Made by a program: the position numbers and the translations under genes. Below the pieces are notes generated by a model that worked only from the letters and a program-made list of their open reading frames with translations, had not been told where the DNA came from and searched no databases. Positions 37,375 to 51,509 of a stretch of DNA of 64,000 bases are shown in pieces (position 1 is the first letter of the stretch; every line of letters begins with the position of its first letter). The stretch is taken from assembly GCA_023920165.1 (NCBI GenBank), contig CP089274.1, positions 3,038,001 to 3,102,000 on the forward strand, given 5' to 3'. The DNA comes from Curvularia clavata (lineage: Eukaryota).

Positions 37375-38195
37375 TCACTCTTCGTCATCGTCGTTAACTA
37401 CGGGCACAGGCTCGTCCTTGCTGGTTGTTTTGACTTTGCGGTCCTTTTCAGCACCAGCAGGCTTGGAGTCCTTTGTTTTCTTCTTGTCATCCTCTTCTTC
37501 CTCGTCGTCCTCACCCTCGCCGTTCTCACTTCCTTCCTCGGAAGCAGCGGCGTCCTCATCCTCGCTCAGCTCGGCGGCTTCTTCTTCCTCGCTCTCATCA
37601 TCACCCTCATCTTTGCTTTTGGCCTTGGTAGTGCGTTTGGCCTTTTTCTTTGGCGCTAGAAAGGAAAAAAGTAAGAAGGTGTTATAATAAGGGGTATTGA
37701 GAATGGCTTACGTGGCTCTTCCTCGTCTGAGTCTCCTGAATCAAAGTTGGAGCCCTCGGACTCGGCATATCTGTGTCGCTGAGTTAGTCTTGTTGTAGAT
37801 GTCGCAGGTGTGCGCAAATTGAGCCATTTAAATAAACATTCAAAAGAAAAGTACTCTGTGTGCTATGCAGAGTGCCGATGAGATGTGTGATCAAGATGAA
37901 GAAGGCGCAGGATAAGACGCGGCTGAGCGGGTCTTTACTGCAGCTCAGCCAGACCTGCGATGACCATACGGACGTATGCGCAGCGACAGGACAGATTGAC
38001 AGAACAAATCCAAAACAGAAATGCAAAAAAACTCGAAGATACAAGCGCAACAAAGCCAAAATCGCACAATTGCGACGTGGTGCGATGAAGCGTGACGTCA
38101 AGAAAAGCGTAGACTTACTCTTCTTCTGACTCGCTCTCGTCGCTGGGGAGGGCAACGAGCTCCTCGTCGTCGTTCTTCCTCTTCCTGGTCGTCAT
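37375..38195 (-). CDS. Small, highly acidic, probably nuclear protein of unknown function (exons 38195-38119, 37770-37712, 37655-37375; 138 aa); absent from the ORF track
   Basis: MTTRKRKNDDEELVALPSDESESEEEYAESEG...PPPKKKAKR...DDEE*. Both introns are canonical with GTAAG donors, and the exons sum to 417 nt in frame. Confidence 0.8.
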
Positions 38196-39123
38196 ATTGT
38201 CGAGCTAGACTTTGAAAAAAAGACTTGAAATAGAGATAGACTCGCGCGGGTGTGCAAGCGGTCCAAGGACAGGAACAATTCTGGTGGAAACTGGAAAGCT
38301 ATGGAATTGAGCTTTGGGGCGGGGACCCAGACGACAGAGACGGGGGCCGGATGAAATAGCTCTGGGTACTCGGCCACCACCCACACCCACCTACGCAAGC
38401 CCCCCTCCCCTTACTCCCAAGAAGGAGGCTGGGAAGCGCAGGCCAGTGCAGGCCAGGGACTGCAGGCTTTCTGCTCCATGGCCCAGCTCGGCCTCTTCGG
38501 GTAGGGCGTGAGGAGCCAATCATAGCCTGTGCCGTCATCACCTGCATTCCGAGCCCGTCATCGAGGGCAACCAAGCGCAGCCCCTACAGTTTGGGTTACT
38601 GCAGGTACCGTGTCCGAGGAGCGATGCGAGCTGATGTTGAGGCTGGTAGGGTAGATGCGGCGAGATGGTATTGCCTTTGTGTGGAGAGTCGAGAGAAAGT
38701 GACTGCTCTGCTGGTACGGCCTCGCAACCCAATGTATCGGTCAGGGTGCTCACGGCGACGCGTTTGCTAGATGACCATGAGGATTGCATTTTGCACATTT
38801 CAGGAACGCTTGCAGACATAGCAAGGAATGCTCAGACGGTCCTCTGAACGTTTGCTCGGTGTTCGCGTGGATAAATCAACCATGAATGCTGCCGCTTGTC
38901 CGTATCCAACGCGCAATGTTCGCAGTTCGAGGTGTAGCGTTCACCGCCCAAATAGGAAACGCGTTCTCGACCTTCCCGCCAATCAGCACTAGTCTTGCCC
39001 CGCCTGCGGTACCGCGTCTCATTCGCGCGCTATCTTGACTGTCTTTCCATTTCGTCGGCCAGTTCTTTACGACCTCTCGCCCGCGCTCGATTTGCCCTAC
39101 GCCGACACAAGACTGCGCCCACC

Positions 39124-41310
39124 ATGTCCGCGCCCCAAGTAGCGCGGCCTGCGAGGGCACCGCGCCTCCCGAGCCTGAACAAGCCTAACTCTTACCAGTA
39201 CCAATCCTCCGCAACAAGACGAAGGGCCGCCGGCCCACCCCAGCCCGCGAAGCCCACCCAACGCACCTACAACTGCTGCGAGACACCCCAGATCGATACC
39301 TCCGATGGCAGCACTATGTGCTATAACTGTGGTACAATCCACGACGAGAGCCATATCGTCTCCGAGGTGACCTTTGGCGAGACATCGGGCGGAGCAGCCA
39401 TTGTCGAGGGTGGTTTCATTCACGCCAACCAGCGCCATGCCAACTCTATGGGTGGCACTATGCGAGGACTCGGCGGCATGGAGAGCAGGGAACAGGCCGC
39501 TATGAATGGAAAGAACGCCATCCAAGCCCTAGGTGCTTCCCTCAACCAGCGCGAGGCAGTCATAGAACAGGCTTTTAGTTGGTACAAGCTCGCCATGAAC
39601 TTCAGATTCATTCAAGGTCGTCGAATGAGGAACGTAGCTGCTGTCGCAATCTACATGGCGGCCCGGAGGCAGCCCGAGAACACGCTCATGCTTATAGACT
39701 TGGCCGAGAAGATCCAAACCAACGTCTGGGTCTTGGGAGATACATACAAACAGTTTTTGGAAATGCTCAAAGAGGAAGACCCCGCCCAACTTGTCGGTAA
39801 CAAAGCCGTTCAAGAAATTGAGCCTTTGATGCTCAAGTACTGTCGGAAACTCGAGTTTGGAGAAGACTCTCATAGAGTGGCTGATGACGCCTGTAAAGTC
39901 TTGAAGCGCATGAACCGGGACTGGATGGTACAGGGTCGTCAACCTGCTGGACTGTGCGGTGCATGCATCATCATCGCTGCCCGCATGAATAACTTTCGCC
40001 GCACCATCCGAGAGGTTGTTTACGTTGTCAAGGTCGCCGATTCCACCATCACCTCCCGCTTGTACGAATATAAGAGAACACAGAGCGCGTCTTTGACCGT
40101 CGAACAGTTCCGACAGTATGGAGAAAAACTAAAGGTCAAGGCTCAGCCACCTGCCATTTGGAGGCGCGCAGAGAAGGAAGAGCGACGGGAAAAGAAGAGG
40201 AGACAACTTCAAGGAGAAGATGATGCTACAGAATCCACAGAAAGTGACTCAGGAAACGGTGAAGGGCAAACCAACACAAGCACAGCACCCGTGCGGGCAA
40301 GCAAGAGACGGAGATCCATCAATGGTTCGTCTCAAGCAATCGTAAATGAGAACGGAGATGCGAGTACGCAAGGAAGCGGCGCAGCTACGGAACTAGAAGC
40401 GTTCGATGGCAATGCCGATGCGATGATCGAAAGTGTCGCAACCGCGCTCGAGGAGGTTGAGGCGGGTGAGGCTACCGATCCGGATTTCGTTATGCCCAAA
40501 AAACGCGGTCGTCCACCAAAGCAGCGGAAACCTATCCACATAGCCCCCGAGGACCTTGAGATTGAGCAGGACATTGAGGAAGAACTCACAAACGCAATAA
40601 AGGATTGGGAAGCCATTTTCAAGGAATGTGCCGCAAATGATGACCACGATCTCCTCAAACGCTCAGGCTGGACCGCAGCAGAAATGGCACGCGCCGCGCA
40701 GGACCAGCGCGACGTACCCGTAAACACGGATCCCGACATCGGCGAAGACGAGTTTGAAGATGACCCTGATGTTGCTACCTGTATTCTCGGCCCTGAAGAA
40801 GTCCGCCGCAAGGAAGCCATCTGGATTACCGAGAATGAAGAATGGCTACGTGCCCAGCAAGAAAAGCTTCTCCAAGCCGAACTCGAAGCGGCAGAAGACA
40901 AACCCAAGAAGCCCAAACAGAAGCGCAAGCACCACCAAATGGGCGATGGCAGCGTCCTCGAAGGCCAACCTGCAGCCAGCGCGGCAGATGCCGCACACAA
41001 GATGCTCAAAAAGCGTGCCAATAAGGCCTTTAGCAACCACATCAATTATGACAGACTGAAGGAGCTCTTCCCCGGTGGCGGAACTGCTGCTTCAGCAAGC
41101 CCTGCCGATAGCGGTAATGGCGCTAGTCCGCCTACCAAGTCACCGCCTGCTGTACAGCCAGTCGCAGATGTTGATGCCGAGGGTGAAGAGGAGTATGAAG
41201 AAGAAGAGGAAGAGGAAGAGATTTATGCAGAGGAAGATGAGGAAGACCTTGAGCACAACTATCGGGACGACGACGACGAGGGCTTTGGTAACGAGACGTA
41301 TGACTACTAA
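39124..41310 (+). CDS. BRF1: TFIIIB subunit Brf1 (intronless)
   Basis: Zn ribbon 'CCETPQ...CYNCG', 'IVSEVTFGE', cyclin-fold repeats with 'RMNRDWMVQGRQPAGLCGAC', TBP-binding region 'FSNHINYDRL' and an acidic tail. Confidence 0.95.
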   Translation: MSAPQVARPARAPRLPSLNKPNSYQYQSSATRRRAAGPPQPAKPTQRTYNCCETPQIDTSDGSTMCYNCGTIHDESHIVSEVTFGETSGGAAIVEGGFIHANQRHANSMGGTMRGLGGMESREQAAMNGKNAIQALGASLNQREAVIEQAFSWYKLAMNFRFIQGRRMRNVAAVAIYMAARRQPENTLMLIDLAEKIQTNVWVLGDTYKQFLEMLKEEDPAQLVGNKAVQEIEPLMLKYCRKLEFGEDSHRVADDACKVLKRMNRDWMVQGRQPAGLCGACIIIAARMNNFRRTIREVVYVVKVADSTITSRLYEYKRTQSASLTVEQFRQYGEKLKVKAQPPAIWRRAEKEERREKKRRQLQGEDDATESTESDSGNGEGQTNTSTAPVRASKRRRSINGSSQAIVNENGDASTQGSGAATELEAFDGNADAMIESVATALEEVEAGEATDPDFVMPKKRGRPPKQRKPIHIAPEDLEIEQDIEEELTNAIKDWEAIFKECAANDDHDLLKRSGWTAAEMARAAQDQRDVPVNTDPDIGEDEFEDDPDVATCILGPEEVRRKEAIWITENEEWLRAQQEKLLQAELEAAEDKPKKPKQKRKHHQMGDGSVLEGQPAASAADAAHKMLKKRANKAFSNHINYDRLKELFPGGGTAASASPADSGNGASPPTKSPPAVQPVADVDAEGEEEYEEEEEEEEIYAEEDEEDLEHNYRDDDDEGFGNETYDY

Positions 41311-42042
41311 GCTGTTTTTTTTCTATCCAGCTTTGGCAGGATCCACCAGTGCCAAAGAAAAAGAGTGGTTTTGGCAAAAACCTTTACCATTGTCACTGGC
41401 GTACTCAGCTAGATCCCATTTTCCTGTTTATGGCCATTTTGGAGTGGCATCATCGGGGCGTTAAGGCTTTTGATACTTGACTTTTCTACACACATACATA
41501 TACCCGATACGCATCAGGCGTAGCAGCTACATAGCATGGCATGGCATAGCATAGCATATTGAGGGAATGAGAATTCACCTTCTTCCCTAATTGATTGATT
41601 TCCTTCCCTCACTAACTCCAAGAGAGGTATACCGAAACTTCACAAATACAATCACAAGAGCACCAGACAGTGTTTCTTTTTTTATCTTGTTTTTGGTTAT
41701 AGGGGAGGAATTCCCAATGTGGTCGATTGGTCCCTGCTTTCATAACTCGTGACACGCATAATGCTCATGCTACCCTAGAATTTTATCCCGCCATTCAAAA
41801 ATGAAAAATCCCCCGAACCCTTGTACCACCACTCTCCCCTTTAACCAGAAAACCATCGAGTATAATGGTGAAGTAAAAAAAAAGGACCGAGAACGAAAAA
41901 CAAAACGCCGATATTTGCTGATTTGTGCACAAGCACACAAAGTCTATGTGAGATCAAGAAAGCATAGCAGCGAGTAGTTGAATCCCCTGTTTCTTGCTTT
42001 CAAGACGTAACAAACATCGACCCAGTTCTATGCACAAATTTA

Positions 42043-43372
<1,330 letters not shown>

Positions 43373-43938
43373 GGTGACTGGAATAGAGAAAGATTCGAGG
43401 AGCGGAGGTAAAATATAAAGAGTAAAGTGAGGGAAGAGAGACTGGCGTTGCAATCGCCAAAAGTTGAGATACGGAAATTTTGGATTTGGTAGAACCAGCA
43501 GCGCACAGACGCCAATCACTAAGGGTCCCAAAGCGGGGCGCGAGATTGCAAGGCTAGTCCGAGACAAGTTTGACACCACGAAGATTAGATTTTCTAGCGC
43601 AAAAGCAGCACGTTTTTTCAGTCCTAATACTAATTTTGCACATTAAGCCGTCTCCATAGAATATAAAGTTGATCCAAACAACAAATCCCGGCATCAGCAA
43701 AGGGCTGTGATCAATTTGTGTGCCCAAAGAGGAAAGTAGACTGAGTGGGGTATATCGTGCCCAAAAAGCAGAAGCCACCCTCATCGTAGTCGTCGTTCAC
43801 TCGTGATGGTTGTCGTAAAGTCGTAGATTATTTTTTCCTCATAAATTCGTCATCATCCGCCGAATGGGTGTTCAGCCTGTGGACACAAAATCGGGTAGGA
43901 AAGCGCGCCTAGCGTCTATTATATGAGCGACGCAGATC

Positions 43939-45768
43939 TCAAAAGGCCCCGATACGATAGAAACTTTCTCTGAACTGTTTTGCATCTGTCATCGGAGTCA
44001 GCAATAAACTTCAGACACTACAGGGGTTTATCATACCTTCAGGAGTCGTGAACGTGAGCCGATATTTGCCTGTAGGGCCCTTGGGCAGCCGGTAGCTGTC
44101 ACAGAAAATGTATGGGTGCAGCTTCTCAAATTGAATCGTGTCGGGACTGACGCGTTTCATCCAATCCCTGCGTCCGATGTATTGAGTAACAAAAGCGGTC
44201 CAGATGGGTATCGTGTTCATTGGGCCCCGGCGTGCGGTGGCCTCAAAACGTACACAGCCTGAATCTTCGTCGAAGTAAATACGGAAGGCATGGAGATATT
44301 TGGCATCTGTGGTCTCACTGATGACGGTTAGCAATGCCCAGATCAGAACATGTTGTTGGCAGCTTACCCGCTGAATACAATGTTCTCAGGGTCGAAGAAG
44401 TCGACGAGTCCCTCTGCAACGACGGTCTGGTCTTGTCGTTTCATCGCAACGGCAGTGCAATAGAACAAAACCATACCTGGTCATTCATCAGCTAGGATAT
44501 ACGAGAGTAGTCCTTGACATGCTTACGTTCATAAAGAGGAAAGCGTAACCTGGCCCACAGATCTAATTGACCATCCCGGCGATTGGCCCGGCAGAGCTGT
44601 AGACATGGTCCTGCGCGCCGAAGTGCCAGTGCTGTGATTGGAATTTGATATCGCATGCGACGGCCTTCAGGATCCATGGTAAGGAACAAGATCCGCGCAC
44701 GGTTGTCCTCTGACCTGCAGTACATTCTGACCCAAACACTTGTGGCTTCGAAGGGTAATTCTAATACCTTTTCAAACCCGTCATCCTGCAGCATTTCGAT
44801 CACGCGAGGCTCGTTCCTCCCAAAACATTCGGTGGGCTCACCCAGGGTCTGGAATGATGTCGAACCATGTCGTCCATCAAAAATCTTCATGGCCCAGTGT
44901 GCGACAGGCTCGGAATCAGTAGATTGGCTCGAATAAGCTTGAGACGATGCAGACGAATATGTAGGTGATTGGGGAATCTCAGGTACAGGTGGTGGGACAA
45001 AAGGCACCTCTCCTATGCCACCCCATGTGGGGGCGATGTGAGCTCGATGAGGTAGTGTTGGTGATGGATGTTGATATGGGTAATTGGCAACGGGATACGT
45101 AGGATGGCTTTGTATTTTAGGTCGAGTGGCTTTCGGAGATGGAGGTTTTGGCGTTCTAGCACCGCTTTTGCCGCTGCCTTGGATTGATAACTTGCTGAAG
45201 TATGAATCTATAGGCTTTTGTTTTTTGAGCAGCTTTGATAGCAAGACTTTGTAGTTTGCCAGCTCGATGTCGTTCTCTTCCCTATATCGGGTCAGCCTTC
45301 TTCACATATAGGGCTCTGTTCTATCACCCACCCCTTCAACGTATCATTCATGCCCTGAAGATACATTCTGGCTGTCTCGAATCGTTGAGGCAGGGACATG
45401 CCTTGTGTTTTGAAATCCGTAAGTGCATCCTCCCATATGATTGCGTAGGGCGGTGTGCCTGGAAAAGCGCCGGGTGCGGTATGTCGGCTTCTCTTGGACT
45501 TGCTGAAGATGGCTTGCACATCGTCGAGCGTATAGCCCAGACTTGAAAGGCAGACTTCGAGATCCTTGACAATGTAACTGGCGTATCTTCCATAGTTGGC
45601 AGATCTGAGTGTGTCGTGAAGCTCACGCAGGGCGTGCGATATGGCATACAGTTCAGCTATATAGCCTCTGATGTCCTTTCGATACTGGGGGATCTCGCCC
45701 TCGAAAGCGAGTAGACCATTGGCGGTCTCTTCAGCCTCCTTGGCGTAGTCCAGAAGTCGCCAATCCAT
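43939..45768 (-). CDS. Hypothetical protein with a helical N-terminus, P-rich linker and globular C-terminal region, about 4 introns
   Basis: ORFs 45292-45768, 44492-45244 and 44011-44334 are linked by GT-AG introns; the last exon ends DAKQFRESFYRIGAF*. No family recognised. Confidence 0.75.
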
Positions 45769-46861
45769 GGCGGTGGAGGTGCCGGGGATGATACAGCCGA
45801 GACGAGGAGTTTAGAAGCAACGCATAACTTTTGGGACACCAGAAAGTCGGTGGAGGAGAGATGGAGTGGCGCTCAGGCGATAACGCTACAAAGTGAGCGC
45901 CTGGGGTATGTCAACGCCTGGTGGCATGCGCGCTTGAAGAGGGTCGGCTCTTGACGTGGTTATGCAGCAGCACGCCGGTGAGAAAGCCAATGGCTTGTGC
46001 CGACAAATTCCCTTACCAAGCCTGCACGTAACCCGCAATCTCGCTTGCTTCTTCGCACAATTCGTCTGCTTGTTCGATTTGGCCCCCGGTCCCGACTTTT
46101 TTTAGTATTGCTTTGTTTGAAATTCGCTCGCACAATTGCGCTGCAACGCGGGGCCCAATTGCTATCCTGGGTAGGCGAGAACGCCACTTCTGCACACGCC
46201 TGCAAGGCTACGCTGTCAATGCGAGAGGGTTTCCGACCAGCAAAGTCCGCGATAGAGCATCGGCCGAAATGTCCTGATTGTTTGAGCTGATGACATCGTC
46301 CGCTTGCGTGTTGGCTCCAGCCGCGGCGGGACAGTGTTCTGCCTGACATGCCCCCGCCCATCGCTCAGGCTAGTCCTGCAACGTAAGCAATGCGTCGGTC
46401 GAACAATGGATCGAAAGTCTAGCATCGGGAGCTACTGGCGGTCTGAAGAGAGTGGGCAGCTTCACAGGTGCCAACCAATCTGGAATGGAGGGGAGATAGA
46501 CTGTCAAAAGTGCGACCTTGTCACCATTTCCAGGCGACAAGCAGTCGTTATATATATACGTGTGTGTTCAACAAAAGTAAGACTGCGCCTCACTCTTTCC
46601 AAGCCACAACAATAGAGGCTACCAACCACACGTTTAATCTTCCCAAGGCAACCACATGAGCGAAGATTGCAATCCGTTCGTTTCGTGAGATACGCCGGTG
46701 GGGCTGTGGCTTTCTCTAGCAATAACGGCGAGCCTATTGACTTGGCTGAGCTTTGCGGCTACCGACGAGCCTCGGAACTGGGCTAGCTTACCTCCGGAAA
46801 TGCCCCATAGAGGCATCCCCGCGTCCAGACACATGCCCTTTCTTCACATCCCAATTTCAGC

Positions 46862-48593
46862 ATGATAGGCTCTGTTTTGCGAAGCTCAAGGTGCGCTTTC
46901 CAGCAGGCGTCGCCACTCTCAAGGGTCAGTCGGTCTGGGCCTAAATGTTATGTTCGGCGTCTTGCGACTGCAGCAAGTGGGGATGTCTCTAATCTGCCAT
47001 TGGATGGCATCAAAGTGTTGGACATGACAAGAGTTCTTGCTGGCGTGAGTTTACACTTCCAGGTTTCTTTTGGGCTAATTCTGACATGCTAAGCCATACT
47101 GCACACAAATATTGGGAGACCTGGGGTACGAAATGGACTGCCCAGTATGAACCAACGGATGTGGTTGGCGACGTGGAAGGATTGAGAATTGACCATGATC
47201 TAGAGCCGACGTTATTAAGATTGAACATCCCACTAGAGGAGGTAGGAGAGAGTTTGGTCATATATGTCTGATGAATACTAACCAGCGCAAAAGATGACAC
47301 ACGGGCTTGGGGACCGCCATATGCCAAGTATACAGACCAACACAATGGTCCGGGAGAAAGTGCATACTACTTGGGTGTAAGACATCTTACTTTCTTGTCC
47401 GACATTATGCTCATAATGGACAGGTCAATCGAAACAAACGGTCCATGGGACTTTCATTCCAGCATCCAGCTGGTGTAGATATCCTCCATCGCCTGGTCAA
47501 GGAATGTGACGTGCTTGTGGAGAACTATCTTCCTGGCTCCCTTGCAAAGTATGCCATGGATTATGACACGGTATCAAAGATCAACCCCAATATAATCTAC
47601 GCCAGTATCACGGGGTACGGCCAGACTGGGCCATACCGGAACAGGGCTGGCTATGATGTCATGGTAGAAGCGTGTGTCAAGCTGTATTTCGTCCATGTTA
47701 GAGCGCAGGCTAATGTGGAAATAGTGAAATGGGACTCATGCACATAACTGGAACCCGAGACGGCCCGCCAGTCAAAGTGGGCGTTGCTGTGACCGACTTA
47801 ACAACCGGGCTTTACACTTCTAACTCCATCATCGCAGCTCTTTTCCGCCGGTTCAGGAGCCCCGGATCCGGTGGCCAGCACATTGACGTTGCTCTGTCTG
47901 ACTGTCAAGTAGCCACCCTGGCTAACATTGCCAGCTCCTGTCTCATCAGCGGACAGCGCGATTCTGGACGCTGGGGAACTTCTCATCCGTCAATTGTGCC
48001 CTACAAGGCATTCAAGACGGCGGATGGGGACATTTTGCTTGGCGGTGGGAATGACAAGCTGTACGGAGTGCTGTGCAACAGGTTGGGCAAACCTGAGTGG
48101 ATTCTGGATGAGAGGTTCAAGACGAATGCATTGAGAGTGAAGCACAGGGACGAGCTGGAGGACCTGATCGAGGCAGAAACAAGAAAGAAAAGCACTCAAG
48201 AACTACTAGATGTTTTTGAGGGAAGTGGAATGCGTAAGTGGTTGAGATTGCTTTTCTCCGGTGACGAATCGGCTGACCTCTCTAGCCTACGCGGCCATAA
48301 ACGATGTGCAAGACACACTGAACCACGACCATGGTATGTTTGACGCTCGAGCCAAGATGCCCAAATACTGACTGCATTCAGTGCTTGCACGAAACATGGT
48401 CAAGGAGATAGAGCACCCAGCATGCGGGCCGATCAAGCTGGTGAATACGCCGGTCAAGTGGTCGCAGTCTAACCCGGGGATCCGGCTGCCACCGCCAATG
48501 CTGGGCCAGCATACCGACGAGATTCTGGGTGACATGCTGGGTATGAGCAAAGAGGACGTGCAGGCATTGCGGAGCGAGGGCGTTGTTGCATAG
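46862..48593 (+). CDS. Family III (CaiB/BaiF) CoA-transferase, SUGCT-like, with a probable mitochondrial presequence; multi-intron
   Basis: 'PLDGIKVLDMTRVLAG', 'NRNKRS', 'DVLVENY', 'YASITGYGQTGPY...AGYD' and 'PPPMLGQHT'; R/S-rich N-terminus. Confidence 0.92.
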
Positions 48594-48855
48594 TTTGCTA
48601 CGTACATATTTGTCCCAAGCATGCGTGTCATTCATTCAGAATAGAAAATGGTCTAGAACAAATGTTAGTGCCAGGAACATCGATCTGTACGTCATAACGT
48701 GATGTGCAGATGGTGATTGTTGCTGGGGCAACTGGGGCCGGGACGTGTTTACCGGACCGCGCGAGTAGCACCGGGTCCACACTTGTGGTACTCCGTCGCC
48801 GACTAACTTTCGGCCTCTTGGGAACGACAACCACGTACGCACACATACGATCAAC

Positions 48856-51021
48856 ATGGACGCTCCGTCGCGCCCCTCTAGTTCGCTCTTCAATGTCTTT
48901 TTACGCCTGCGCCCCTCGACCTCTTCAAATGCCCGCTTCCTCACGGTCGAGGAGAATGAGCGTGGCCACCCGACGCACATCACCATACAACCACCCGCAA
49001 ATTCAAACGACAAGCGCAAGCGGGCAGTTGAGCGCTTCGCCTTTACCCAGGTCTTTCAGGAAGACGCACAGCAGATGCATCTGTTCAAGGGCACTGGTAT
49101 CGTCGAGATGATTGAGGGCGTCATGGGCGCGCCTGGCCACCATGGACGAGATGGGTTATTCGCAACACTGGGCTGCAGTGGGTCTGGAAAAGTACGTTGC
49201 ATGATCCTCCTCCACGTTGGGCCCACCTGCTAATGTCGTGACAGAGCCACACCATTCTCGGGACCAAGACACAGCGTGGTCTTGTCCAAATGACGCTCGA
49301 TACCATCTACCAAGCCTGCGAAGAACAACTCGTACAGTCATTCTATGGAGCCCCAGCATTCTCTTCACTGGCGGCAGCAGATGTCTCGGATGCCCAAATG
49401 TACACTGCAACTGCATATTTGGACGCAGTATACGGAGACAATCAATCTGAACGGTTTCCTTCCAGAGCGCAAACCCCTATGCAGGTAAGTCGATTTTCTT
49501 TTTCTTGCGCCAATTGCCACGGACAAGGACTCACTGGCAGAATAGGATTGTAGTATATTCTCCACAGGCAGTAACTGGAAATCGAACAAGATCCCACGGC
49601 CATCAATGCTGCCTCAAACCCCTTCTGTCACCGACATAACCCTCCCAGCAGACCCCACTGTAGAATACGCCATTGTCATGTCCATGTACGAAGTATACAA
49701 CGATCGTATTTTCGATCTTCTGAGTGGCAGTGCCTCAAAGACAAAGGGCCATGCTGCGAAACGAAGAGCACTGCTGTTCAAAAACACTGAGCAGAGTCCG
49801 GATCGCAAAGTTGTTGCCGGCCTTACCAAGATTATTTGTGGCAGCTACGAGGAAGCCATGATGGTGCTTGAGACTGGCCTCATGGAACGCAAGGTTACCG
49901 GCACTGGAAGCAACGCCGTCAGCTCGCGAAGCCACGGCTTCTTCAACATTGAGATCAAGAAGCGAAACGCGGAACACAAAGGTCCTTGGTCAAGCAGCAA
50001 TCTCACCATCGTTGACTTGGCAGGGTCAGAACGTGCCCGGAATGCTAAGACTGCAGGCGAGACCCTCGCCGAGGCCGGCAAGATCAATGAGTCTCTCATG
50101 TATCTTGGCCAGTGCATGCAGATGCAGTCCGATAATGCAGGTGGCTCAAAGGTACGTCTGACATCAATCTTTTGCAAACATATACTAACTAGCGAATAGA
50201 ACATTGTTCCCTTCCGCCAATGCAAGCTCACTGAGCTTCTCTTCTCAAACTCATACCCTTCCTCTAAAACCGCTCAACACTATCGGTCGCCCCAAAAGTC
50301 CATCATGGTTGTCACAGCAGACCCCAAGATCGACTACAATGCCACATCTCAGATTCTCCGCTATTCCGCTCTTGCACGAGAAGTAACAGTACCCCGAATA
50401 CCCTCTACGACAGATACAATTCTCGCGAGTCTACCGTCCAAGCGTCCTGGAACAGCCTCGTCTGCTCGGACAGCATCCTCTGGCCGAGCCTCACCCCCTG
50501 CGACAACGGAAGAGCTCGAGAATGCCAACGCCGAAATCGCTCGCCTGGCTGCCGAACTCGAAGTCTCTGCCATCCGCTTGTCTGAAGAAACGGCGCGACG
50601 CAAAGCCGCTGAATCATCATGGGCTGCAGCCGAAGACCATATGGTGGATCTCGAACAAGAAATCCGCGATGAGTGCTACCACGAAATGGAACTTGCGGTC
50701 GACCAAGAACGTCGCCGATGGCAAACTGTTTTGGAGAACGAGCAAGACAACCAACAGGCCCACATGGACTCCAAGATCGACGTTGTGATCCGCGCAACAA
50801 AGGCTCAAATGAAGCAAGAAATCAAGGTGTACGAGGATCCGGATCCCGAACTAAGGGATCGCATCGAGGAGCTGGAGCGCGAGAATGAGCTGCTGAGAGC
50901 GAAGCTAGAAGCCAATGAGCGCGAGACGCAGCAAAGGTCTGCGAGTCCCATCAAGAGGATGAGGGTGCTCAAGGCGAAAAAGTGGGCGGATCCAAGCGCG
51001 TTCCATATGGATGATGAATGA
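48856..51021 (+). CDS. Kinesin, kinesin-6 (Klp9/MKLP-like) type, 3 introns
   Basis: P-loop 'GCSGSGK', 'EVYNDRIFDLL', switch I 'NAVSSRSH', switch II 'DLAGSER', 'VPFRQCKLTELLF', a long motor-domain insert and a coiled-coil tail. Confidence 0.9.
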
Positions 51022-51509
51022 TCGACGACCAACGACGACGTTATGCTGCTATACGACGACAAGTTTGCATGGACGATGGCATTTCTAAAAGCACTCTTTC
51101 TTCTTCCTTTTTTTCTAATCTGTTTCCCCAACAACCATGATTTGGCCTGGGCTTGGTGTTCTGCACGGCCGCAATGAGGGGGTAGCGTTTCTTGCTTTTT
51201 GGCTTCTGCATGCTGTTCACTTCTTCTTGTTTTCCCTTGGTTCGTTTGCCATTTTCTTGAGATACCACGCCTTATGCTTCTGTAATAGTTATCATCTCTC
51301 TTTGCTTCTTCATAGTAACATGTTCTCATTATATTGCTACTTTGTAACAAGTTTAAATTTGCATTTTTATTCGTGATGATGGTATTGATATACCAGTAAT
51401 GCGCGCCCTGGTTCTTGTACGAAGAAAGGTTTGGTCCAAGAGAGCGTGTACGATGATCGCTGTGCATTGCTTACATGCTTCTTTATCGTATTTGCAAGTC
51501 GGTATCATC

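Noticed and set aside
37880..37950. TPP riboswitch in the long intron (CTGAG and CTTGATC seen on the minus strand)
   Set aside because: It lacks CTGAGA-ATAC and the downstream TAAT...GCG elements in correct spacing, and the host gene has no link to thiamine.
38995..39123. Upstream extension of the BRF1 ORF (771 aa in the track)
   Set aside because: It begins at TTG; the first ATG, in CACCATG context, is at 39124.
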